Part shown: piece by piece, positions 1-7,999 of the stretch
How the letters are laid out: every line of letters begins with the position of its first letter
How positions within the stretch are numbered: the stretch's first letter is position 1
Notes under the pieces: model-generated
Told to the model about the DNA's origin: nothing
The model's input: the letters and a program-made list of their open reading frames with translations, nothing else
Databases searched by the model: none
NCBI GenBank assembly: GCA_964368945.1
Contig: CAYJDM010000006.1
Span: 22,546-86,545 of the forward strand
DNA length: 64,000 nucleotides
From: an uncultured Candidatus Saccharibacteria bacterium
GTDB taxonomy: Bacteria > Patescibacteriota > Minisyncoccia > Phycocordibacterales > CAIZLB01
Direction of reading: 5' to 3'
Translations under genes and position numbers: made by a program

Positions 1-491
1 TGATCAAGTCGATCCAATTCCCTCGCGAATCGCTCGTGCTCGCCATCGTCATCAAGAATATTTTTTCCCATATATTCGAGATCATCCTGTTCGGACTCCT
101 CCTCATATATATGCATATCAGCATCATCGGCCTCATCAGCTATCTGCCTCTGCTGATCCTGTTCGCTGCATTCATATACGGCGCATCGCTTCTCATCGCG
201 GCTCTGACCGTTTATTTTGTGGACTTGGACAATATCTGGAACTTCGCGGTGAGGATCATCTGGTTCGGGACGCCTATCTTTTATTCTATCGGGAATCAGG
301 CAGGGCTTCTCGCGCTGAACAAGGTCAATCCTATGTATTATTTCATAACCGCTGCGAGAGACTTGGTCGTATACGGACGCATGCCCTCTGCAAGCATCCT
401 CATCGGCACGATCTGCTTCAGCTTGGGATTCATTGCTGTCGGCACTCTGGTATTCGGAAAGCTCAAGCATAAGTTCGCCGAATTGATATAG
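1..491 (+). CDS. ABC-2 type polysaccharide/teichoic-acid exporter permease (Wzm/TagG-like); 5' end lies outside the window
   Basis: The reading frame is open from the window edge to the stop at 491. The ORF-track start at 36 is an in-frame GTG inside this longer frame. The product is polytopic and hydrophobic (LLLIYMHISIIGLISYLPLLILFAAFIYGASLLIAALTVYFV...). A Wzt-type ATPase gene starts 16 nt downstream, which is the canonical Wzm-Wzt pair. Confidence 0.6.
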   Translation, partial: IKSIQFPRESLVLAIVIKNIFSHIFEIILFGLLLIYMHISIIGLISYLPLLILFAAFIYGASLLIAALTVYFVDLDNIWNFAVRIIWFGTPIFYSIGNQAGLLALNKVNPMYYFITAARDLVVYGRMPSASILIGTICFSLGFIAVGTLVFGKLKHKFAELI

Positions 492-507
492 ATGACATAG
501 AAATATC

Positions 508-1212
508 ATGAAAAAAATCGAACTCAACGCCATCACCAAATCATTCAATATCGGCATCGAAAAGAAGCTGAGCGCTTTGGCTGCGCTCATATCGTCAATG
601 TCATCAAGGGAATCGAAAAAGCGATTCACTGCCCTCGATGGCATATCGCTCAAGATCAGCTCCGGCGAGATCGTCGGCATTACGGGCAATAATGGCTCGG
701 GCAAATCTACCCTGCTTCGCATCATCGCAGGGATTTATAGGCCAGACAGCGGAACGATCTCGATCGATGGGAAAGTGATCTCTATCATCAACCTCGGAGT
801 AGGCCTGATAGAGCGCTTGCCCATGAGGGACAATATCTTCATCGTCGGATCGCTGTTCGGCATGAGCCGCAAATCCATCAGGGAAAAATTCGACTCCATA
901 GTCGAATTCTCAGAACTTCAGCAATTCAAAGGAACGAAGATATATCAATTCTCTGCAGGCATGATCCAGAGACTGGCTTTTTCCATCGCCATCCATGCTG
1001 ATCCCGACATCCTCCTCCTCGACGAGGTATTCGAAGTCGGCGATGAAAGCTTTCGCAAGAAAAGCAGCGAGAAGATCAAGGAGATCGCTCGCGCTGGTGC
1101 AGCTGTAGTGCTCGTCAGTCATGACCATGAATTGATCGAGCGCAATTGCACATCAGTTATCCGACTCGAGCATGGCAAGGTCATTTCTATTTCTCCTGCT
1201 ACCGTATCGTAG
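508..1212 (+). CDS. ABC transporter ATP-binding protein (Wzt/TagH-like polysaccharide export ATPase)
   Basis: ATG at 508. Walker A GNNGSGKST, ABC signature FSAGMIQRLAFSIA, Walker B ILLLDEVFE, H-loop VSHD. Confidence 0.85.
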   Translation: MKKIELNAITKSFNIGIEKKLSALAALISSMSSRESKKRFTALDGISLKISSGEIVGITGNNGSGKSTLLRIIAGIYRPDSGTISIDGKVISIINLGVGLIERLPMRDNIFIVGSLFGMSRKSIREKFDSIVEFSELQQFKGTKIYQFSAGMIQRLAFSIAIHADPDILLLDEVFEVGDESFRKKSSEKIKEIARAGAAVVLVSHDHELIERNCTSVIRLEHGKVISISPATVS

Positions 1213-2086
1213 AGCGCTTTGATAGTGCAGAGTTTGCAGCGATCCAAAGATCAGAAGCCATAGTTCGCGCCTTTGCCGCGCAGAGCAATGCGATATATTT
1301 CCAATACCTCAATCCATCGCGCGGCGTGAGGTATCGTAAGCGCAGCGCATCCCCTATCATGCCGACGAGCCGCCTGAATTTGGTTAGGCCAGCATAATGC
1401 TTGATGATAGGAGCGCTAGGAGCAGATTGGCTCGCCGCCGTTCCGCGAGCAGAAATATGAGGTATGAAATTCCAAGCCTCATCCAGCCATCCGATATGCG
1501 ATCCCGCTTCGGCGCGCTGCTGTCCCCGCACATACCCATCGAAGAGCCTTTTCTCATCTTCAGACAAAGTATCAATCAAGCCGAAGTATTCCATGAATGC
1601 GGCCTGCTCCCACCATGGATGATTCGCATATTTTTCCATGCTCCACATCTCACTGAGGAGCCGCTTCGTGAATTCGGAATTACGCGCGACGATGATGCCG
1701 AGGTTTGGGCTTTTTTTGCCATTGATATCATGCCTTGCGACAAAGAAATCCCGCTGGCCTCCTGCCCCATATTCGATACGCTCAATTTCCGCGAGGATAT
1801 CCTTGCTTAGATCAACGACCATCGCATCGGCATCGATGCAGAAAACGAATTCATAGCCATTGTCGAAAGCCTGCTGCATGAGGGGTATTTTTTCCCATGA
1901 ATGCGGACGATCGCTCTGCTTCTCTCTGAACCTGCGGCAATCATACCCCGCCGCCTCGGCATATCTGCGCATCGATTCCCAAGCCAGATCTCCCATCTGC
2001 GCGAAAGATGCATCATAATACGTGACGATGCAGATATTCGATTTCCTTATCATGTCGCTTGCCGGGATCTCAGGCTTGTTTTGCAT
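1199..2086 (-). CDS. nucleotide-diphospho-sugar glycosyltransferase, GT34/MNN10-like
   Basis: 295 aa ORF. Segment RRYAEAAGYD...HSWEKIPLMQQAFDNGYEFVFCIDADAMVV shows the GT34-type arrangement with a DxD motif. Assignment rests on recalled family patterns only. Confidence 0.5.
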   Translation of the reverse strand: MQNKPEIPASDMIRKSNICIVTYYDASFAQMGDLAWESMRRYAEAAGYDCRRFREKQSDRPHSWEKIPLMQQAFDNGYEFVFCIDADAMVVDLSKDILAEIERIEYGAGGQRDFFVARHDINGKKSPNLGIIVARNSEFTKRLLSEMWSMEKYANHPWWEQAAFMEYFGLIDTLSEDEKRLFDGYVRGQQRAEAGSHIGWLDEAWNFIPHISARGTAASQSAPSAPIIKHYAGLTKFRRLVGMIGDALRLRYLTPRDGLRYWKYIALLCAAKARTMASDLWIAANSALSKRSTIR

Positions 2087-3140
2087 GGTGACTTATCGCC
2101 GCTTCTTGATGCGGCTTATTCTTTAAAAATCGATATGCTCTCGGCGAAAAGCGCCTGATGAGTATGCCGCAGAGGCCGATCATCATTTCCGCATTTCCGA
2201 TCAGTCTATTGCGAAAGCGCTTGAATATGCCCTTCCTATATCCTTCCTGATACCAGCGCTCGATATCTCGAATCTGCGCTTCGGGCATTATATGCGCGAC
2301 CGGATATGCATCGATCAGTTCCGGAGACAAGAGTGGCTTCGCTGGAGAATTGCGCGCCGCATTGCATGCCACAATCCATTCGCCATGCTGCGGATGCGAA
2401 GGGACCCATGGCTTTTCAATTATAAAATGCGTCATGATCGGCTCAATATCAGAGATATCCAGATGCGTCTCATGGCGTATCGAAAACGGATATATATTGT
2501 ATGCATTCGGCAATGCATGCCATTTCGGTATCATGAGATTCAATATCGCCTGCTCTGGCACGATGATCATCTCGCCATATGCGCGCCTGAGCTCCATCGC
2601 TTTTTCGAAAGCATCATCAGGAATCGCCGATGTCGGAAAAGCCATGAGCCCGCAATTGAATGCAGGATTCGCGAGGTCGAATGTTTTCGCCATATCGATT
2701 CTCTTTCGCGTATCATATCCCCTGATCATCGCGCCCATTGGAGTCAAAAGCTCGTCGCGAAGGAGCTGATTAGAAGACACCGCCGAGAATTCATGCACAT
2801 TCGCAAGATTGGTGATGCTGGAATGTATAAGTATGTCGCCATCCAGAAACAGCAATCGCTCCCACTGCCTGAAATATGGCTTGAGAATATGAAGCTTATG
2901 CCAGACGACTTCTGGCCATTTATATTGCGCGCAAATGTCATTTGCATATGGCAGATCCGGACAATGATAGACCTGTATTCCCCGGTCTTCGAACCATGAA
3001 AGATCATCGCCCTCAAGCTCATATGCGAGGAGCAGCAGATCGCCTCGCCATCCGCCTTTTGTCACGGCGCTATGAAAAAGCTGCATCGCCTGCTCGAGAT
3101 ATCCCTTATCCGCAAGTGTTATCAGGACTTCCTTGTTCAT
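2070..3140 (-). CDS. glycosyltransferase family 8-like (retaining GT-A, DxD)
   Basis: 356 aa. LLFLDGDILIHSS contains a DxD motif. The N-terminal LITLADKGYLEQAMQLFHS is typical of GT8/LgtC-like enzymes. The gene overlaps the upstream gene by 17 nt, consistent with an operon. Confidence 0.6.
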   Translation of the reverse strand: MNKEVLITLADKGYLEQAMQLFHSAVTKGGWRGDLLLLAYELEGDDLSWFEDRGIQVYHCPDLPYANDICAQYKWPEVVWHKLHILKPYFRQWERLLFLDGDILIHSSITNLANVHEFSAVSSNQLLRDELLTPMGAMIRGYDTRKRIDMAKTFDLANPAFNCGLMAFPTSAIPDDAFEKAMELRRAYGEMIIVPEQAILNLMIPKWHALPNAYNIYPFSIRHETHLDISDIEPIMTHFIIEKPWVPSHPQHGEWIVACNAARNSPAKPLLSPELIDAYPVAHIMPEAQIRDIERWYQEGYRKGIFKRFRNRLIGNAEMMIGLCGILIRRFSPRAYRFLKNKPHQEAAISHHAKQA

Positions 3141-3141
3141 G

Positions 3142-4380
3142 CTATTTCGCAGCCTTGCGCTGGTATGCCTCGATCTGGTCTTTTATTTTCTGTATAAAAA
3201 CCTCAACGTCGAACTCCTCCGCCCGACCGATGCAGTCATGGCGGTACTGATCAGGATTGAGGCGCAGCTCTGCGCTCATCTGCTTGATGGCATCAGCAAG
3301 CGCTTCGGAATTCTTGGCCAAAGCCTCCGCATTTTCCGCAGGCGCATTGATATAGTCCACGAGCTTGCCCGTCTTGCCATCGATGATCGATTCCTTGTAT
3401 CCGCCTTCATTCGATGCGATCACGGGCTTGCCGCATGCCATCGCCTCGACCACAGTCAATCCGAAATCCTCTTCCTTCGATGTGGCGATAAATCCCTTGC
3501 ATTCCGAATACAGCTTGCGCAAATCGACATCATCGAGCCAGTGCACGAGTTCCACATTCGCCGGCTTGATGCTTTCTACGAATGCCTTATATGCCTCGAA
3601 CTGAGCTGCGCCCTTTTCATAGCTTCCGACCATTATCATGCGCTCCTCTGGCAAAAGGCTCATAGCCTTCATCTGGATCTCGACCCGCTTATGACTGAAC
3701 AACCGATTGACCGATAGCCAATATGCAGAGTCTCCCTGCAGGCTCGGCTTCGCCTCGGACTTTGACATGATGACAGGCGGATTGATGACGACCGATTCGA
3801 CTCCGTAATATTTCCTCGTCCTCGCCTGCACATTGCGCGAATTCGTGACCCAGATGCCGACATGCTTGGCATAGCCTCGAGTGAGCTCCCGATTGAACCA
3901 TGTGAAGATATCGAACAATGGCCGCTTCATCGGCGAGAGCAAAGTCTGGCGAATCCATTTGCTGAAATGCCAGAGCTCATTGAGCGGCGAATGCACGTAC
4001 CACATATTCGGCTTATTCTTGACTGCGGCGCTCATTGCCCAGTCTCCTGCGATTATGAAAAAATCATATGGCCGCGCGTCTGCCTCAGAAATCTGCTTTC
4101 CCGATTCTTTCTGCTGCTTGATTTTTTTTGCCAAAAGCTTATTCGCGTCTATCGTGCGCATCTTCCAAAGCGCGAGCTGCTGGCGAAAGGGCGCCATTTT
4201 GGGCACTGCCCCGACCGAAGTGATGCGAGGCGCGATATCCGCATATCCCATAGCTTTTATCTTTTCGACATTCAGGCTGGTCGTATATACGTCAGCATCG
4301 AAGCCGCGAGCCAGTGCCAGCGTAACCAGCTCCGCCCCGCCGATATTGTCCATGAAGTTGTGGAAGATTGCGATTTTCAT
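3142..4380 (-). CDS. glycosyltransferase family 4 (GT-B)
   Basis: 412 aa. C-terminal EDFGLTVVEAMACGKPVIASNEGG is the GT4 E-x7-E signature. The N-terminus MKIAIFHNFMDNIGGAE is typical of GT4 enzymes. Confidence 0.8.
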   Translation of the reverse strand: MKIAIFHNFMDNIGGAELVTLALARGFDADVYTTSLNVEKIKAMGYADIAPRITSVGAVPKMAPFRQQLALWKMRTIDANKLLAKKIKQQKESGKQISEADARPYDFFIIAGDWAMSAAVKNKPNMWYVHSPLNELWHFSKWIRQTLLSPMKRPLFDIFTWFNRELTRGYAKHVGIWVTNSRNVQARTRKYYGVESVVINPPVIMSKSEAKPSLQGDSAYWLSVNRLFSHKRVEIQMKAMSLLPEERMIMVGSYEKGAAQFEAYKAFVESIKPANVELVHWLDDVDLRKLYSECKGFIATSKEEDFGLTVVEAMACGKPVIASNEGGYKESIIDGKTGKLVDYINAPAENAEALAKNSEALADAIKQMSAELRLNPDQYRHDCIGRAEEFDVEVFIQKIKDQIEAYQRKAAK

Positions 4381-4436
4381 TGATTTATTTGTTCAGGCCA
4401 TTATAGCAAAAACGGCCCCTTGGGCCGCCTTCCTGC

Positions 4437-5324
4437 CTATTTCCCCAATGCCATCGCCTCTGCCTTCAATTCCCCGAGCGCGGCCTCCGTCTGCTTTCCC
4501 TTCTCCGGAGCGCCGGCGACCTCCTGAATGCCTGGCGGAGTCCCATGCCATTCGAAGCGCTTTTCCATATAGCTGACGCCGCGGCCAGGAATCGTATGCG
4601 CGATGATCATCGATGGCTTATGAAAGATCGCCTGCGCAGTTCGCACGGCATTGACGATGGCTTCCATATCATGGCCGTCGATCTCCTGAACATGCCAGCC
4701 AAACGCTTTCCACTTATCATATAAAGGCGCAAGCGGCATGATGTCCTCAGTATATCCGTCGATCTGTATATTGTTGCGATCGATGATAGCGATCAGGTTG
4801 CCGAGCTTTTCCTTGCCGGCAAGCAATCCCGCTTCCCAGATCTGGCCTTCATTATGCTCGCCATCAGAGAGCAGGGCATAGATATGCCGTGGAGCAATCT
4901 GTCCATAATCCATTTTGTCTGAGATCGCCATTCCGACTGCTTGCGAGAGGCCTGAACCAAGCGGACCAGAGCTGGTCTCGAGCATGGGCAAAAATTCCCG
5001 ATGAGGATGACCTTGCAATCGCGATCCGAATTTGCGGAGCGTCTTTAGTTCTTCTACGGGAAAATATCCCGCATGCGCCATCGTCGCATACAATACCGGA
5101 CAGATATGGCCGTTCGAGAGGACAAGTCGATCGCGCTTTTCCCAAGACGGATTCTTGGGGTCATGATTCATCAGATTGAAATAGAGCGCAGTAAAGACAT
5201 CGGCCATTCCGAGCGGGCCTCCGCTATGGCCAGACTTCGCCTCGGCAAGCATCTCGATGATCGAGACGCGGACATCGTTCGCTTTTTTTTCTAGATGCAG
5301 TTTTTGCGCATCGGTGAGTGACAT
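4437..5324 (-). CDS. tkt: transketolase, N-terminal (TPP-binding) subunit of a split transketolase
   Basis: GHSGGPLGMADVFTALYF, GHPHREF and LSDGEHNEGQIWEAGLLA motifs. Length of about 295 aa matches the N-terminal subunit only. Start moved to the ATG at 5324 (MSLTDAQKL...). The ORF-track start at 5366 is a TTG that adds 14 unconserved residues. No C-terminal subunit gene is adjacent. Confidence 0.85.
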   Translation of the reverse strand: MSLTDAQKLHLEKKANDVRVSIIEMLAEAKSGHSGGPLGMADVFTALYFNLMNHDPKNPSWEKRDRLVLSNGHICPVLYATMAHAGYFPVEELKTLRKFGSRLQGHPHREFLPMLETSSGPLGSGLSQAVGMAISDKMDYGQIAPRHIYALLSDGEHNEGQIWEAGLLAGKEKLGNLIAIIDRNNIQIDGYTEDIMPLAPLYDKWKAFGWHVQEIDGHDMEAIVNAVRTAQAIFHKPSMIIAHTIPGRGVSYMEKRFEWHGTPPGIQEVAGAPEKGKQTEAALGELKAEAMALGK

Positions 5325-5349
5325 GCGCTTATTATAGCGCAGTTTTAGT

Positions 5350-5378
5350 TTTTTTGTCTTGCACAAACTGACAAAAAA
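5350..5378. promoter_or_regulatory. 9 bp inverted repeat (TTTTTTGTC-N11-GACAAAAAA) in the divergent tkt / Cys-rich-gene promoter region
   Basis: Read directly from the sequence. It lies between the divergent starts at 5324 (minus strand) and 5441 (plus strand). Candidate operator site. Confidence 0.35.
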
Positions 5379-5440
5379 GGTACCATGGCACCAGCAATCA
5401 CGTACAAATCAACAGCACACAATAGAAAGGATGCAAAACG

Positions 5441-6352
5441 ATGAGCAGAATTCTAGTATTAGAGGACATACCACGATGGCACCATTTGGTTTGGGACGAT
5501 AAGACAGAGCAGCTCCACCTGGAGATTCACAAGGCGATGCTTTCATGCCTTTCGCATAGCAATATGCAGGCATGGTTCTGGAGAGTTCCCGAATCCGAGA
5601 CGATTCTCCCACTCTTTGAAAAAGTGGAACCAGCTCTTGGCAAGGAGACCTTTGGAATCAACAGAGCGCTGACCCTGGTTCGATCGGAGGGAGATTGGCT
5701 TATCTACGCAATCAAGATCCCAATAGTGAAGAACCGCACGGGCATGACATGCCAGCATTGCGGCGGTACAGGCAAGAAGACATATGAAGGATGGGAAAAC
5801 GAAGACTGCGACTGGTGCGATGCCGACGGATGCGAGTACTCGCATGACAATTTCGAGCTTAGGCAAGTGACGGCAACCCTGTCCATACTCTTCTGCCTAC
5901 TTCATTATTCCGATATCTCAGTCGAGTCTGATCGCTGGCAGTTATTTTCGCTCGAGTCTCGAGCCGAGGACGGCATGCATGGGCATTCGGTCGGAGGATA
6001 CTCAAGCCCGATTTTCGCGAAGTGGATCGAGGGATTCTCAGATGATGCCAAGAAATTCGTGCAGTTAGGCGATGTCGAAAATACCATGAGGCTGGTGCAT
6101 GCCAAAATGTTCGGGACAACTCGCCATCCAGAACGCTTTACGGCTTGGATTCGACGGGGGCAATTCATGCTTGACTGCCCGGGCAACGCTTGCGAAATCC
6201 ACGTTGATCCTGACCTGCGATATGGTTCCGGCGAAGGCAATCGCATCGTCTGCCATAACCTTGACGGGGCATGCCAACAGATCGTCCTGCTCGCAGGCAT
6301 GGGCGGATTGGCTCTCAGATACGATAAGGCGAACATCGCAAAAGCCGTATAG
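5441..6352 (+). CDS. hypothetical Cys-rich protein with a zinc-ribbon-like CxxC-x13-CxxC cluster
   Basis: 303 aa ORF. No credible ORF lies antisense to it. Contains CQHCGGTGKKTYEGWENEDCDWCDADGC and a second cluster CPGNACEIH...CHNLDGAC. It is the only plus-strand gene within a minus-strand pentose-phosphate gene run. I recognise no family. Confidence 0.45.
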   Translation: MSRILVLEDIPRWHHLVWDDKTEQLHLEIHKAMLSCLSHSNMQAWFWRVPESETILPLFEKVEPALGKETFGINRALTLVRSEGDWLIYAIKIPIVKNRTGMTCQHCGGTGKKTYEGWENEDCDWCDADGCEYSHDNFELRQVTATLSILFCLLHYSDISVESDRWQLFSLESRAEDGMHGHSVGGYSSPIFAKWIEGFSDDAKKFVQLGDVENTMRLVHAKMFGTTRHPERFTAWIRRGQFMLDCPGNACEIHVDPDLRYGSGEGNRIVCHNLDGACQQIVLLAGMGGLALRYDKANIAKAV

Positions 6353-6380
6353 ACTTAGTCGTATTTAAAAAGTGAGAGCA

Positions 6381-6430
6381 AAAAGCCTCCGGCGTCACAG
6401 CGCGCCGGAGGCCTTATACTTTATCTTTTT
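6381..6430. terminator. bidirectional intrinsic terminator between convergent genes
   Basis: Perfect 10 bp stem GCCTCCGGCG / CGCCGGAGGC (6385-6394 and 6403-6412). AAAA lies on the 5' side and a T-rich tract (CTTATACTTTATCTTTTT) on the 3' side. Confidence 0.6.
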
Positions 6431-6453
6431 AAAAACGCCTCTCAAAAAAAACG

Positions 6454-7203
6454 TTACTCCCCGCTTATCTCCGCAAATCGGTCGAGTGCCTGAATCACCG
6501 AATCCGCATCATATACCGCAGATCCCGCGACGAGATAGCTGGCGCCTGCCTCGAATAGCTTGCTGGCAGTATCGAAAGAAACGCCACCGTCTACCGAGAT
6601 CTCGAGCGGCAATCCTCGCGTATCGATCTCCTTGCGAAACATGCGCACCATGTCGATGACGGCAGGATCGAATTTCTCATGCTGATGCCCAATATGGTCT
6701 ATGCCCATGCACTGGATGCCCGATAGCCTCGCCGCGATTTCCCAAATGAAATCGGCAATCGCGGGCGCGAGCGGCAGAAGCTGAGGCAAAACCGCGACGG
6801 AAATCTGCAAGCCGCGCAACGCCGCCACATCGATCGCAGCGCGAATCGTCTCTATATTGTCGCTGACAATGCCATTTTTTTCTTCGGAATGAATATGGAA
6901 AATAACGCGCGTGGCGCCAGCAGACGCCCAATGTTCAGCTGCGGCCGCAGGATCCGAAACCATGAGATCGATTTCGAAATCGAATTCTTCCCAGCAAGGC
7001 AGGCCACGCTCCTCGTTCACGATGGACATGAAATCCTCATCAAATTCCAAATGCCCGCTTTTGGTTCGCCGATATGGCCATGCCATTGAATCCGTGAATT
7101 TGCCATCCATGGTGTCGATTTGGACCCATTTGACGAGGCCGCTGACCTGAGTGATCTTTTCCTCGGCGTCGGCGAAATCCGATGCCATAACGGCCGGGAC
7201 CAT
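6454..7203 (-). CDS. rpe: ribulose-phosphate 3-epimerase
   Basis: MVPAVMASDFADAEEKITQV...IDTMDGKF matches the Rpe N-terminus (SILSADF...DVMDGHF). The C-terminal ISVDGGV is also Rpe-like. The ORF track extends in-frame to 7389, but the extra 62 aa would translate a 41 bp palindrome, so I place the start at the ATG at 7203. An ATG at 7287 is also possible. Confidence 0.75.
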   Translation of the reverse strand: MVPAVMASDFADAEEKITQVSGLVKWVQIDTMDGKFTDSMAWPYRRTKSGHLEFDEDFMSIVNEERGLPCWEEFDFEIDLMVSDPAAAAEHWASAGATRVIFHIHSEEKNGIVSDNIETIRAAIDVAALRGLQISVAVLPQLLPLAPAIADFIWEIAARLSGIQCMGIDHIGHQHEKFDPAVIDMVRMFRKEIDTRGLPLEISVDGGVSFDTASKLFEAGASYLVAGSAVYDADSVIQALDRFAEISGE

Positions 7204-7325
7204 CTTTTCATAGGGAGCGCGAGGCTCGTTTTGATTGCGATCAGCGTTTTGACCGCCCTCTGCCGCCTGATGTGGAGTCTTTTTCATATGGCTTGAGAAT
7301 ATCATACATGGCAGGCTTTTGCAGT

Positions 7326-7366
7326 GGTGTACCGAACTGTCACGTAACGTGATAGTTCGGTACACC
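7326..7366. repeat. 41 bp near-perfect palindrome (one mismatch), flanked by a GGCAGG / CCTGCC outer stem
   Basis: GGTGTACCGAACTGTCACGTAACGTGATAGTTCGGTACACC. The core CACGTAACGTG is itself palindromic. It lies between the rpiB stop (7417) and the rpe start. Confidence 0.6.
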
Positions 7367-7416
7367 ATGAGAGAGTCCTGCCTTGCCAAATTATGCCTTT
7401 GCCTTGTTTCCGTCTT

Positions 7417-7971
7417 CTACAATTCCTCGATCTGCTCTATCTCATCATTGCGACGCTCGTATTTGGGATCATGAGAAAAAGGCTCGGCTAGCCAAATTTC
7501 GACAACCTTGAGTGCCTCTCCGGGATCGATGAAGCGTGCGCCGAATGAAAGCACATTGGAATCATTATGCTGCCGCGAAAGCTTCGCGATGGTCTCGATG
7601 AGCTGCGATGATCCACCGACAGCTTTTCCTCCATAGATCACAGCGGCGCGCACATGCGGAAACTTATTCGCCGCCATGGCTTCGCCTTGCCCCGAACCGC
7701 CAATGACGATGCCGACCATATCCCGGTCATGAGGATGCTTCGAACGCTTTTCTCCATGAGCCGTATGCGATGTTCGAGTTCCATTGAATATGCTTTCCTC
7801 ATGCTTTGAGATATCCTCTGCCACCTTCGCGATGAATATCGGGAAATCATCATCAGGAGAAAAATCATGAGCGCCATGATCATGCATTTCATGGCCTTGC
7901 GCCTCGAGTTCGGCAATGAGAAAAGACTTGAGCTCAAACCCTGCATGATCGGATGCGATGGAGATTTTCAT
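7417..7971 (-). CDS. rpiB: ribose-5-phosphate isomerase B (RpiB/LacAB family)
   Basis: MKISIASDHAGFELK, GIVIGGSGQGEAMAANK and RAAV motifs. About 184 aa with an internal insertion. Confidence 0.85.
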   Translation of the reverse strand: MKISIASDHAGFELKSFLIAELEAQGHEMHDHGAHDFSPDDDFPIFIAKVAEDISKHEESIFNGTRTSHTAHGEKRSKHPHDRDMVGIVIGGSGQGEAMAANKFPHVRAAVIYGGKAVGGSSQLIETIAKLSRQHNDSNVLSFGARFIDPGEALKVVEIWLAEPFSHDPKYERRNDEIEQIEEL

Positions 7972-7999
7972 AGATCCATTTTATCACGAGCGACGAATG

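Noticed and set aside
2292-2999. 235 aa and 139 aa plus-strand ORFs
   Set aside because: Antisense to the GT8 gene, with no features.
7204-7389. N-terminal 62 aa extension of rpe
   Set aside because: It would translate the 41 bp palindrome, and the Rpe homology begins at the internal Met.
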